Shown here: one piece after another, positions 24,701-39,700 of the stretch | Layout of the letters: the number at the start of each line of letters is the position of its first letter | Numbering within the stretch: the first letter of the stretch is position 1 | Assembly (NCBI GenBank): GCA_965285935.1 | Contig: OZ260664.1 | Location: 24,862,001-24,926,000 of the forward strand | DNA from: Ophelia neglecta | Taxonomy: Eukaryota | Length of the DNA stretch: 64,000 bases | Reading direction: 5' to 3' | Made by a program: the position numbers and the translations under genes | The notes under the pieces: model-generated | What the model was told of the DNA's origin: nothing | The model's database searches: none | The model's input: the letters and a program-made list of their open reading frames with translations, nothing else

Positions 24701-27700
24701 TTTTTCGCTTTTTTTTGTGTGACACCGAGCTGTTGTAGTTGCTTCTTAATTTATGATAAAACAAATGTTTTGTGTGACTCAATGTTTAGGCCATGGCTCA
24801 GTGAACCATTAGAGGAGGAAGTGCTGTCAGAAAACTCAAACAGTACAGATTCTTCATCAGACCAAATCCGACGGCAGGTCCGAAGCATGCATATCTTTCC
24901 AGAAGAACTGTATCCTGAACTGTAATGATGATTTAGCAACCACTAGGGAGCGCCTGTTCTATGGAGGACTAGAGTGATATAGAAGTTCAATAGTGTGGCT
25001 TCCACACGTGTTTCCAGCGACTCTTCCGGATGAAGCAGGAAAAAGACAACAATTTACAATGTGAAGCCAGCAACAATGGACATGCGTAATAAACCAGACG
25101 ACCGGAAGAGGATGGGGAGAGCAGTGCATACTGGGAGTTTCTACCACGCCCCAGGCGTTGACAAATACGGAGCCGAAGCAAAAGAGACTTTTTATTATTT
25201 CATCTTGCTGCCGCATGTCACTTTGCTGAAGATTTAAACAGGCAACAAAGCAGAAAGTCAATTCGGGTCAAGAAAGGGGTCTAAGTTAATGATATCCTCT
25301 ACAAGCAAATGGTTATTTAAGCTTTCCGCAAGGCTCATTGTATACGACCTTTTACGGTTGGCCTCAAATGTAGATTAATCTAACTAATGTCACGGGAGGA
25401 AAATCAAACCTAAAATATTTGCTTTCCTTTTGCAACAAAAGACATAAATCCTTCAAGCTGATCATTGTTTACTACTCGAAACAAGAAGTGTTTATCATAC
25501 CAAGGGGTCTTGAAAATTGAATTTACAGAAATGTTTTATTTTCTTAACTGAAACAACATAAGACTTATTCTAAATTCCACCTCTTTGTTAATATAAGATG
25601 TTTATACTGATACAAATAGTCTCGACACTCCAGCACAATGCTGAGGAGTCACGAGTAGGCAAACAACCGAGAAATCAAAGTGGGAAAATTCACATTATCA
25701 ACAACTAAAGCCGATTTGAAACATTATAATCTTATCTTAAACATATTTATGTTAAAATGAATGAATAAACATTATTGAAATCAAAGATATGATATCTTAG
25801 AAAGGGGGATTTTAAATGGAATTTTACTAGACACGGGGTCAGGATCCGGGTCAGGACCCAGAAACAGTCGGGTAACTTGAGAAATTGAGATGGCATCTCA
25901 TAATGGGGCTGCAATGCGAGATTTTACGTCAATGTTTTAACATGAAATTAGGGATAGGACCACCTACTGAATAGGCCACACCCGGACAGAAGTAAAGAAC
26001 ACTATGCAAAACAGCGGGTAGGAGAAGACCACACAATGTCTGAGACTGCCTAGCTTGTCATGTGGACATTTTAACCACTGTGTACCTCGGTACACAATGG
26101 AATACCTTTTACCACGTGTTTAATTGAATTTTATATGACATTTGAGCCTATGGAAACCGCGATAGTAAGAGGCCTTCAAAGTGAAATTACATTCTTTGAT
26201 GAAATTCGGCAATGAAAAGATTTTATTACTGATGTTTCACTCATCTGTCATCGGGTGTTCGCTCTCGTTCTCAAATTGAAAAGGAAGCTTATTTGAGATG
26301 TGACAGATCATACCTAAAACTATGATATTTATTTGCAAGATTTAAAATCCAAGCATTAAAAAAAGGAATAATATTTTGATTATAAGAGAGCATCCTCCCT
26401 CGCCTGTTAGCTAACAAAAGGCCCAGGGACAGTTCGCATTAGATATCTTACAATTGTATAACTCGGCACAAAGAATATATTTCATTAAGGTGTCAAGTTT
26501 CTCTATTTGGTAGTTATTTGGTTCGTTAGGTTGCTACGAACAATATTCTCCTTGTTCGTAGCTTCATATACCATGCGACTGTCATATCAGGCAGATCGGA
26601 AAAAAGGCAGCAGATTAACATTCCTTAGTGTCCTTTTATATTCCATTTGATTTTCGGTGCATATATTTATAGTCATTGATTTTATATCAAGGGGTGCATT
26701 TATAAAATCAGAGCAAACTACCGTGATATTAATATTGCCTCACCTGTTCAGGTGACTCGTGTAATCTAATTTCCATTTGAATTACAATCCTGATTGAAAG
26801 TCACAAGGCGCGAAAACAGTTGACAAGCAGGTGATTACATCATGATAATTATAACGTAGACATTCATAGACAAATTAGACTAAAAGCAGAGAAAGGCGAG
26901 GACATTATGTCTATTGTATTGAGTTGAAAGGTGAACGCACGCCATGAAGGGTCGGGGTGATGGTGACACCATTGGCTTGACGAGTAGCTGGACCTTAAAC
27001 TTATATGGTCCTTGTAGCAAATAAAGAGTCCATCTAAATCTTGACAATTCAGAACCACACTGGGCACTCGTAACATGTGAGATTCACCACAGATAGAAAG
27101 TGATTGAATCACCGAGCTCACTGGTTCGGAATTCAATGGCACATAATAGCTTCTAAGGAGTTGCCACCCCGAAGATGTAAGCGGGGAAATGAAAAGGAAA
27201 CGTGTGGTGTGCCTTGTTCAACAGGGCGGTCCTCCTCTCGTGTAAGGTTACATAATTCCCCCGAGAACCCCATTGAGGGGGCCGGCCACTTCCATCACTC
27301 AGTTCATCTTCTCCATTATCATCCCTTGTTCTTGCTCCCAATCAAAATCAGAGTGGATGTGATTTTCATTTATTTAGTTTAGATAGTAACAAATGAGATA
27401 TCCGTGCTAATTATCCACAGGCCCGTTCTTTACAATTACACAAAACCCCTGCTTGTGGCTTATCACATGTAGTAGGAATTATGACTTGTTATGACATGTT
27501 ATCGAATAGAAGAACTATCCATATTAACGCTATCTTTATTAGATTAACACACTGATGTAAGTTTGCTGGCTTCATTATGATGTTGTTATAGTCAATCTAC
27601 CAGCGACTCAGCCGTATTCAAGTCATGTTTCAGTCCCATGCTAATACCTTGATTTATATTTACTTACAAATCGTTCACTTTTGTTTCAATGTGAGCCGCC

Positions 27701-30700
27701 ATCAGTTAGATTCAACACAATTATAAATCTCAATGACTTTTATCATCTGCCTTGAAATGGAAATGAAGTTCTTGAATGGCAAAACAAATAAAATTCGACT
27801 TAGTATTCTGTTAGTACTGTCATTATCTACTTTCATGACCAGAAATGTGTATGACTATCATAGCAGGCTAAAATATCCCAGTTTGTCCCGAAAGTTAACA
27901 TAGGGTGAATTTCTGACAATAGGGCGAGTTTCTTCGACTAAAATAATAATTATCATACGGTCAACCTGTATACGAAACCCTCGAAAATGTTTTTTTAGGA
28001 GTGGCACAGATTTCATACGATTACCAAGCAAATATCGAAAGCTTTGGTTATACATATCAAACACTCGCAGAAACAAATAAAACTCTAAGTAGCTGTCGCT
28101 GACAAGATCGGAGTAACACTTCACATGTTTTATTTATGATCACCTAATATTTATATTTGAATGAACAACCTTGATACCTAGTCACAACTTGATATTGTCA
28201 GTGCAACATATGCATGTCCTATTTCTAAGATGAATACACAACTCAAATTAAGTTGCAGAGATTCGTAAATCATTGATCAATGCTATTTAATAAAGTCCAT
28301 CTGATTTACCGGAGGAAGTCACAAAACAGGTTAGGGAAGGCTGAAGACGGCTTGTTTTTGACAGATTCAGGCGAAACGCATTTGAAGTGTGTTTATTTAG
28401 TAGATCTGTGCGGTCAAAATGAGCCCGCTGCGGTGTTTCAATGACTGAGCCAGGGTTGGTGATCTTCAAGTTGACAGCCGGACTGAAGCGCAAATATGTT
28501 GAAATGAAGACAATATATGTCTATATCAACATAATATGTGATCGAGCATGCACGATCTAGAGAAGAAAAGTTTCATACTGATTGCACAGGACGCCGTATA
28601 TATCACTTATTTATGACACGTGCAAACATCACGGTGGCGGTTGGACTTCCCATGTCTGTTTGCATTACACATCAAATGAATAAGATTTAATAACATAACG
28701 ATCTCGACAGCTCACTTTTGTAGTGTTTTATATCAAAGTCCATAGATATAACTAATTGAACTAACAAAGTCCTACGTGAACGGATTTAAAGTCATAGCAA
28801 ATGGCAATTACGAATCATTCCATTATAATATAAAAACTTAATAGCCGAAGTCACATCGAGACACTTCAACCCCTCGAAAGAAAGTCATATAACAGATATA
28901 AAATCGTCCATGTGGTATGAAATATGAGATAAATACCAATCTTTCATACGTAAGTATACAGAATAACTGTATATGGCATTTAGAGCAGGATATGTATACT
29001 CCATTAGGTGATATCTATACTAATAAAAAACATACGAAGAGAACTTTTTATAGAGCTGGGTGGTTTAATTTCTTGCTTATGGACGTGATGTCTGAACTGC
29101 CCTAGCTTCGGTCTAGGCCTACAGTAGGCCTATACACGCCTTTAAGACTCTATTAAGTCTACAATTCATAGAAGTGATATACTATATCAGAAGAAGAAAA
29201 CAACACAGTAGGTATTTGGTTGTTCGTGTAAAGTGTAGGGGCTATGGTAGTGTGGGTCTTGGTCTCGCTCCCTCGTATATCAAAATGGTGGCTCGAGACT
29301 TATAAAAGTGGTCATCTGTCTTTGAAGAGTAATATAATCAAGTAAAGTCCACCGCCGATTAATTTTGCGCGACGCACGAAATGGAAGGCGATGAGGGGTC
29401 GGGCTGGGCCTGACATCCATATAGAGGCACATCAAGTCATGTTTACGAGGCTAGGCGGCTCTCACGTCGGCCCGCGGGACAACCGCCCGCATTATCGAGG
29501 GTGTCAACGAGAGATCAAAGTCATTATAGTCTACACCGGCCCAGATCTATTACCGAGATCTATTACAGTCTCGCACGACGGCGTACTCTACACATTTAGA
29601 GTCTAAAAACTGTGTACGCGTATTATGATGTACTGAGCATCTTTGATAGATATACAGTGTGTTCCTCCTATGTTTAAGATGAGTCTGACAAATGAAAGAT
29701 GCTTGAGTTGGGCTTGTAAACTGATAACAATAGACCTGCAGGTATCGGGGAGGGGGGAGGGGGGGGGGAGTCAGATGTTTTTTCGAGTGCGTTTGCTGTT
29801 AAAGAACACAATTATAATGTCAAATTGAATTATAACGTTTGTCTAATTTACATTCCTGTTATATGCCATTATAAAAATAGGCCTAGTTCCTCCTAACTGT
29901 GTGTCTGTCACTTGCTCGTGTGAGCGAATAAATCCAACTAAATTAAAGTCTACAGACACACTATTTTTCTCTAGAAAGGAGAAAATTGCAAGCACATGTT
30001 GGACCTATGTAAGTGGAAAAGAAAGAGCCCACATATCAAATAAATTGAAGTCTGGAAATATTCTCAAACTGCAACAACTATGAGAGGTGTCAGAGTGAAA
30101 AATCTGGGCAATATATAGACGTGTGATTATCCTCACCCTGAGCACCTCCGACCCCAGAACGCTCGGCTATTCTATACCAGTCTCTGTAATCTGACAGGCA
30201 ACCGTGAACGGGGTGCCTCCTCGACACCTTATCTGCCATCAGGCCGATCTGGTGTCGGAAAAACAATTATTTATCCAGCTCGGTGGTCGAAAATACCGAA
30301 GTGATCTTTTAATAAATGAAAACCCTGCCGCCACCGGCCGTTGGCAGCCGGGCTAGTTATTGTCTTGGTAAGGCTTTAACGTACACAAGCATGGCTGACG
30401 CAGTCCATTTGTCAAAGCTCGCCATCATCGGTTTTATCACTGCATCCCGTACCTGTAGTCTTCATCTTTTATATCAAATGTTGCATAAAACGTGGACAGA
30501 ACGCATCAAAGAGCTTCTATGTAGAAACAAGACTCTAGCTACTGGAAGTCACGCCAATCTAAGCCATATGAATCTGACAAGAACTACATTAATTTTAATA
30601 AAATTCATCTATGCGATGCAACAATTCCTATAGCAAGCAGCGATAATATAATAACTTGAAATATGCATAATAATCACTTTATGAGCAAATCATAAATTGC

Positions 30701-33700
30701 GGATGGGGTGGGGTGAGGGGGGGGGTGTTGGGGGGGGGGTCTAAAGCACAGATATGATCTCGGATCTATACCGTGAGTTTCGGAGATACATGTCATGAGG
30801 TTCTATGTCGCACAAAGCTGTGAATACAATCTGATAAGGCATTAGATTGTGTTGACTAATGTGGCAAAAAAACACAATGAAGCGTGGCCTAATCATGGAG
30901 AGTTTTATTCGCACCTTTAAGTTACAGTATATTAAAAGATTCTATAACCGTACCTTAACATCGATCGTAAAATGTCTTATTACAAATTGTGTCAATTATA
31001 CTCTTAATTTGCCCTTATTTCGATCCTATTTCATTGCAATGATTCCATGAAACCATCGCGGAGCATGCAGTGCCAGTCTATATGTATATTACAAAGGGAG
31101 AAGATTGCCTGAGGCTTAGGTGATCAACATAGTGATGTCTGTAAATAAAAGATCGAGTCTTGTCGATCAAGTAAAGGGATCAACCGTTGTGTCAAAAAAA
31201 TAATAAAAGCAAAAGATGTGACATGGGATACGCAAACCTCCAGCTCAAATGGACTAGCTATTGTATAGTTTATTGAAACTACCCATTAAGCTAATAAACA
31301 ACACATTAACTCCGAGAAGTTGATTGTCACAAGAATAAAATCCATACTACACGTTAACGCTTTAATCACCTCGCATGCATTAGTACGCGAGTCTATAAAT
31401 ATTGCAAATGTTTATTCCGGCATGAGCATCTACGTATTATAGATGATATAAAGTATCATTTCATTTACATTGGCGCCTTCAGACCATATCAATATGTTTT
31501 CTTTAGCGAGTTGCCTAACAAATGAAATGCCTTTGGTAATGACGCTCTGTTGATGAATGAGAAATACCAATCGATGGAATAAGTTAGACTAACCATATTA
31601 GGCTTAGGCCTATATCAATTAGTCAAAACAGCTATTAGCTGCTAATGATTAAGCTTTTTAGACACACAAAATGCGCTTTTATAATTCTAGCTTCGGAAAG
31701 GTCTGCTGGTGTAGTTTTGTGGCGTAAAAGGAAATTTGTACTTCAGTTATTTATACTACTGACATTAGAATCTGTGAAACAAATAAGGATGGCACCAATT
31801 GCAAGCGCGGACGTGTGAAAGAATAATTTTCACTCACGAGATTATTGATCGTCAGCTGCAAGGATTCCATTCACCACAATTTTCCCAAAGAGTGTTCTTT
31901 ACCACTCAATGATACTTTTAGCATTTTTTCAATACATATACCAGCTACTCCCATGCCCCCCCCCCCCCCAAGAAAAATGGTTTCATAATAATAATAAAAA
32001 GCTTTTTTTAATTTTAAGAAGCACCAGTTATAAGAGGGGAGATCAACCAATTTATTGCCATGGGACGTCCCATAACGATAGTATGTATAGTGTATGGATC
32101 AGTGGATCAGTAAAGAGGACAGTCAGTGTGCTGATTTGTACGAAATTATCGACTGGAGAAATAATATAACAGCAAATTTGTAAACATTGGTAATAGAATT
32201 TCAGGAATTTGTTCCTTTACAATCCAAAAGAAGCTCATATTTCTAAAATTATTAACTTAATCAATACATCCTACATAATTGGATAATTCAATAACCTGTG
32301 TCTTGTCAAAAGTGCACAAATTAATGGAACATTTGATGTGAATAATAAAGCGTTTTACTGTAGTAACCGGAGGCAATATGTCAACGTCATTCTGGTTACA
32401 TTTGTCTCTTTGTTCGTTTCAAGAAAAATAGACACAAGGGGCTTTCTGAAGTAATAGAATTTGCTAGTCCATTCATCGTGTGTATACCTCACTGCCTTCG
32501 CTAATTACTCAAAACAGACTGCTGTCGGATTAGCCTGGCTAATATGACCACTCGGAATGATGGTGAGTCGCTTAGATAAGAATAAAACCATAATTTGATG
32601 CCCGTTCACACAATTGAATATATAAATCAAACACGTGTTTTCATTACTGCGTCCGCGTTCTCTGGTTGGAGATAAAGAATTAATATCTGTGTGTATTGTG
32701 TGGGAAAACTGAGGCGAAACGTTGCTAATAACAACGGCCCTTGTCCGGGATGAACTGCCTAGAACGATCAACTCAAGCCTCTCCCGATTTAGCGGATAAA
32801 TGATTCCCTAAAGGCTAATCCACAATTGTCTATATTTCCCTGGTATTAGCTGCAATGAGACCCAATGATCGTAACCCTTTTGGCTGGGTGGACGGGCACT
32901 TGCTCAATTTTCAGATATCAAAAGCGGAAATGCGTCTGCTCATTATTTTGTCGCTGAAGAACTAATATAGCTCATCAATAACACACCCATTGATTTCTAC
33001 CTGTGACTATTTGTTCGGCCTACTACCTCCCTAATTGCTAGTGACATATTTACTTTACCATTATGTTAAATATTCTGATTAAGAAGTATTTAATATCGAC
33101 AGGTGGGACATTCCCATGGAAGAGATACCTTGCTCGGTGGAGAACAAAAATGAAAAGTCTGGTTCGTGCGAAATTTTGTGGTTTGTATCGATTTTTCAAA
33201 CGAATACCTTCTAGGTGTTTATCGAAGCATGGTTTTTCTTTTGTTCCAGTCCGATTATTAAACCGATCGCATCAACTGTTGAATGAGAGAACAACAGAAT
33301 GTAGCGACTGACAACAAGAGAATCGAACTTCTTTGCTAATGAAGGCCATGTGAGTGTTTAAAGATCTTGTATAAACATAATCAATTGTATACAGGCTTAT
33401 CGATATCATTGACATGTGAATAAAAAAGCATATTGTTGTTTTTAGTGAGTCGGCCATTGAGATATCTGTGCTGCAGGAAGTGATCAGCACTTAGCAGACG
33501 GCACAGCCAACGCGTGTTCGCGTTGTGGGGTCACGTGTTGCTTGAGATGAGGCATGACCCAGCACGGCTTCCGGCATCTGGCAACTCCTTGAGTGACATC
33601 TTCTCAAAACGCAAATAGTTTGATCACACAAACCAAGCACATCTGCGTTCCCTTCAATTGTTTTATGACCTCCTTACCTAGCATGTCTTCCTTGCAAATC

Positions 33701-36700
33701 TTTGCATAGAATGTTTGTGTGATTAAGTGATAATGAAAGGTGAAGCCACAAAATCACTGTGGTTGGTTCTAGGTCGCCAATTTTTCCGTCCGATAACCAA
33801 AAGATTGCAGCTTTATGCTTTAGGCAATGTACTGGAGAATTTAGCACGGGTATTCACAAGGAACGCCTACTACATATAAAAACTTATAGAAAAATATAAA
33901 CTTGGCTTGAAATTTCCACTTTAATATGGATTTTGCTCTTTTGATTCCATCAGTAAGCCAAGCTGACAGATACATCTGTAAGTAGGAAATCATCAGATTT
34001 AGTCAACACACTAGGGTTACTTGTAATCCCCGATATCAGTGCAAAGACATGAACGGTCGTTTAACTGGACAAGAGCACCGTCCGACAAACATATGAATAC
34101 CATTGAAGGAAATGTCGTCTGCGCTAATATGCTAACAATGATTTTAATCATGCGACACCACAGTAATTGGCGTGTATCGGTAGCAAGGGTAAGCATTCAA
34201 CATCGCATAGACCATTGAGATTTCATGTCATTATATTAGTCCATATTAGGTCGAATGGTTCACAGGCCCTTTCTCCCTATAATAGTTGACATTCAGAGGG
34301 AAACCTAGCAATTATGTTCATCTCTCTACATTCCGCTTGTCGATGTATGAAGTAGCAGCAGCACTGGCCAAACGAGAGAGAGACATGCCAAGAATTGCTG
34401 CCTCTGTTGACTTTGGAGGCATTGCTCTGTGTCAGTTGCAGCAGTAGGAGACACTTTCCAAAGAGGACACAAGGGTCTTGTTTGTAGACAATAATCAATT
34501 GGTCACAGTCCATCCCCCAATTAGGATGGACAAACCAGTTTCATATTGATCGTAAGATAGCACTACCCATGCCTATTGAAATGTGATCAATTGTAGGCTT
34601 CCAAAGCATGGCATGTGAACAAATTTAATCGCTATTTGCAGGAGTATTTATCCTGCCACTTGAGTCGGGTCCTGCTAGCACACTGAGAGCTCCGTCTCTG
34701 GGCAGCCTGATCCGTATTTTAGTATTTACCCCAAATCGGATGTCAGACGTCATGACGAGACACTAGAAGGTTTGAATTCTTGACACTGGCCGGTCCTATG
34801 CATTCAATACTAACCAAAACAATTTTGCTCATTATTCCAAACTGTTCAAACAAAGAGCTATTTATTTAAATCACAGTATTCAAAATTACACAAAGCTTAT
34901 TTGTTTTAAATCGGCTTTCATTTACTTTTGACTTACTGAAGAGGTTGGTGCCCTATGTATTTAGCAGGATAGCATGTCGGTTCTCCATCACATTTGGCAG
35001 GCGTATTAAGCTTATTTGAGAAAATGATGGTAGATGTCCTTTGTCATTCATCTTTTGCTGGTGTTCCTCACATCAATTAAAGACATTTGAATACAGGTGT
35101 AGTTTCAAGATAGTTTTCTTGGAGTTAACGCTTTTGATCAGAACAGGTAACTCTTTCAAAAGTGCCCAAGGGTAAACTAATGGCGTTTTGTGTTTTATTG
35201 TGCGCAGACAAAGCGAGTCATAACATCAGTGTCGGACCGCGTGTCGCTGGTGGTGTTCTCCAGGGGACAGATGGGCTGGAGAACAAGACAATCACAGCCC
35301 ATCATCACACGCTTTTGTTGTCAGTTTTTAATTCATTCAAATGATGGTTTTATGGCTGCGCGTCAATGCATACTTCATCCTAGACCGCGCTGGAGTAGAA
35401 GTGACATTATAGACATACAGAGGCTAAAAACTTCTTAATTATCTCGCTTGACTGATCAGACTTAAAACCGCCCCTAATTTGGCAGTTTACTAACATTTGG
35501 TCAATCGTTTCGCGTGCGGGGTCGACTGAATTGTCAAGGAAAGCAGACCGCCCAGTTTGAATCATTTGTACAGATTCCGCGCTTGAACTGCAAGCAAGAA
35601 AACAGGCAAAGGTCCCGCTCTATACAAATGGGAAATTCTCTGCTAGCAGCAGGATCTAGTAATTTGATTTGCGTGTAATTTGTCTCCCGAGTGTTGCTGC
35701 ATCAGGCCCGTGCCGAGTCGACTGCGCCGCCGACGATGACGTGTCCAAAGCCCACCATCTCGCCCGATAATACCCTAACACCATTGCCCGTACTTAGACA
35801 AGTGAATTAGGAAACTAAAAGCTAGGTAATTATCCGCCCGACAGAGCTTTAATTTGGCGGCCGTATAGCACTCCTATGGCCTTTAATAAAGCTTTCTTAG
35901 CCGGCTAATCCGAATCCATTATTTTCTCATAGTGGTTTGTCATTTAATTTTCAAGTTTGAAATAGCTCAGTGGTAAAAGACAAGCCGACGGTAGCTAGAA
36001 GACCCTGGCAATGTTCTGGTGATAATTTTGGTGATTGTAGATGTCAGGGTTTGAGCCCTTTGCCGAGAATGCGCAGTCAGACATGACAATTCTTAATGTA
36101 AACTGCAACAGATGATGGAAGGAGGGGATTGGAGGCTTGCTCGCACAGAAATTAAAGGCGAGAATCATTTTTCATATTGCAATTATTTAATGTCAGGTCT
36201 CGATTCGCATTTCAAAGATTCCTCAAGTTGGTTGCCCCTGTCAGGGTATAATATATAGCCTGATCATCAAGCCTCTTTGTTTCCACTGCCCTTCTGTCCA
36301 AACAGGCCCTTCAGCCGCTAAGCTATCCACTGGTATTTCACTCCGGGGTGGGCGGCAACTTGACACACATGTCAATCAGGTCCCAGACTTACAGAATAGC
36401 AAGGCAACAACCAGGCTCAGGCCAGTCATAGATAGGAGCTTAATATTACAAATAATTTGTTAAAACTCGGATCGACAAAGAGAAAACAGTAATCATGAAC
36501 GCACCTTAATAATCAACTTATTTAGGGAGTACAAACGAACAAATTTCTTTCAATTATGTGGAAAAATACATAAAACGTTATTAGCATTTAACATAAATAT
36601 GCTTTAATACCGCTTTTGACATTTAAGTGTTTTTTTTTCATAAACTGTGCACTGTGTATCAACATTGATTGACAGATTATCGCCCACAGGGTTTAACTTA

Positions 36701-39700
36701 CGGGTAATCAGACATCCCCTACTTATCTTATCATGCTTATTCTGATACTCAAATCTTGAAACACTGATGTCTGACTATGTGCTAAAAGCTTCTAAGAGCT
36801 CTGTGGGCCACAGCTACTTTCACCCAAGAACATAATCTCCGATCCCTGCTCGTCGCGATACAGCCATCAATAAGTGATGACAGGGTGGTTTTAATCCGGG
36901 CAATACAAGGAAATCATTCGGCGGAATGCTCGGCTGGACCCTCCCCAAGGGTCAGCCAAGCATCAGAGCGCCTTAACGCGCTCACCACGGGGTACACTGA
37001 AGACAAAGGAATAAATAACTCTTGCCACCTTAATGAACCAGTAACTCATAGAAATGCAACAAATGAACAAAACTGTCGATGTAGCTTATTATAGGCCTAT
37101 ATTTGTTGGTAAATAAAAATTTAAAACGCCGAATGGGTAAGCTTTCACCAACTACATGTACAACAGAAGAGCTCGTTTTGTTGGGAGATCGGTAGCTTTA
37201 AAGGAGTGGTCGGACCACGAACAAAACCAACAGGGACGTGAAAGGGTGGAGAAATTAAATACAGTCGAAGGAAACAATACCTCAAATGTCTTTAATCAAT
37301 TTAACTGTGACAATGAGGGACCAGACTGCGTATGTAGGTGTCTCGGGAAATGGTTTCCCAGACAATCTTGAGACGGGGCCTTATCATTGGTGCCTTTGCT
37401 GGTGTGGTGGCGCAGGAATTGTCCCATCACTATAGGGTTGGGTCCAGGAGACCAAAGTATTCGTTAATTTCACACACAAGTCCGTGATGAAGGGGAATTG
37501 ATTACATCTGTTTCAAAGAATTATTGCTTTTGGTCATGAAACGACGAGCAATAGAGTTTCGAAGAAGGATTTATGCTCCTTCTCGTTGTCTTCAAATCGA
37601 CGAGCCTTTTATTTCCTGGCCAAGTGACATTCTTCCCAACTGTTTGCTTAGATGCCAGTTGCCGCTTTTCAGAAGGCAGACATAAAACCCCCATTCGGAA
37701 AAGAAATATGGAAATCGCTCACTCCTTGTAGAGAGCACTATTGGCGTCATGCGAGCAGAGGTCTGATTTATATCGAAATATCACAGGGTATTATCCGAGG
37801 GGAACCCAATAATGGATGCCACCTTTTAGATGCTAGTTGCAATGCATTGAACAATGTATTTTATTGACCTCGGCAAAATCTCGTGAAATTTATGAAGAGG
37901 GCGGTTAGCTAAACCACGTTTTGACTGCAGTGGCTTGAGGTCTTCAGTTTTCTCAGACAGTGTCTGATAATGGGCGTACCACTTCCTCCGCTGACTCGCT
38001 TAGTCAGTGAGTGTGAGATCGTCTGATAAAAACACTGCAACAATGAAAAATGGAAAGAGCGAGGCAATAACAAAGAGATGCAACTGACACTAGGCAGAAG
38101 TGTATGGGAAAGTGACTACATGGAATAAAAGAGCGGTGTCGGTGCTCGTCTGCTGTTAGTGTGGAGAGTGAATCTGGACGCTTGTCGTTGTCGGAGGGCT
38201 ACTGCATGGCGGGAAGTAGGTGGCACGATTATCCATCGATGGAGGGGGGTTGGAATTTCAACATAAGCCATGCCCAATCCTTGATTATTAAATAATAGTG
38301 ATAAATGCAGACAAGAGAAACCAAGTCCAATCTCTATTCTTACTATGGGCCATGTGTAGTCTTGGCTTTCCTATACACTTGAAGGAGTTTAAAATCGCAA
38401 TAGAACAAATCAACCTTGTTTGAGTATTTTGTCTTTCATTCTACATGACTTAGGACTATATTGACATGCATTCTTGACGGCCATAACTTATACAATCTAG
38501 CTTATACTTGAGGGGAAAGATGCGTAACCTAATAACTGGTAGGGCCTCTCGTTAAACCAGTTAACTGCAGGGTGAAGCTGCACTATGCAGTGTATGATCA
38601 TAAAATCGCCATTTCCAGGGTTCCCTTGGTGCAGAGCGCAAATCACAGATATAATTATGATTACTGTAGTTTTTATCAGCGACTCAGACAACTGCACAAA
38701 CAGATCCTTGTGATTGGAACCAGATGTACCCCTGGCCGGCCCCGAGGCACTTTATTAATGACGAAGTGGCGTTTAATTAGAGAGAATTTGAAGACTGTTG
38801 GATCCTTTTCAGAGCGAGGCTACAAGGGCGTATGCCAGCAGGCCAGAAAGGGCATTTGCGACACTGATATTAGGCAACAGAATAGAAAAAACTGCTTTAA
38901 GACACAAAGTTGAAGATTTGTTGGGAAAGATATGACTTTCTCTATAATTGTTCGGTAATAATATGCCTGGTTTAAAAGTGATGATTTTTTTTTCATTAAA
39001 AGCCAAACGATAATTGTATTTAAAGCCTAGCATAAAACCGAGTTTGAATTACACCTTTAAAGGCAACTTCTTTTTGCTTATGTTTATTTGGTAACTTTTC
39101 GATGGGGGTGGCCAACACATTAACAATGATAACAGGAGGCGAATAATTAGTGAACACATGGCAGTGTTGGTCTGTTTAGTGGCATCAATTTTGTAAGGAG
39201 TGTCTTTTCCCCGCATTGGGGCTAACTCTGGGCCAGCTCCGGGCGGACTTCTGTAATAAAATTTGACAGCAAGGACTTGGGTCTGGATGGGGATCACCGG
39301 GGACATAGGACTAACCAACGAGTAAAACATCTCCTGGCTTGACAACTACAAATGGTCAAACAGGATGCCTTTTCACTACTGATTCATTTCTCGGGCTATA
39401 AATATATTATGACGCACTTTTTTGTTGTTGCTAGTATCGTCACATCATTTGCAACTTAGGTATATCTAAAATAATTGAAATATTATACAGACCTTGAAGT
39501 TAATGTAACTATTTGGAAGTCGTTTCAAACAATTTAGGCACTGCCATTTAAACCGGTCAGAATGTTTGTTTCAAAGTAACTGCTACAAATGGCTGACAGA
39601 TAAGCTTTATTAGGTAGCTCGCATTTCGTCAAAACACGTGTAAAAAGGGAACACAACAACAGCCAAATAGTTACTTAGGCGGTTTTAACCAGGAGGCAAG

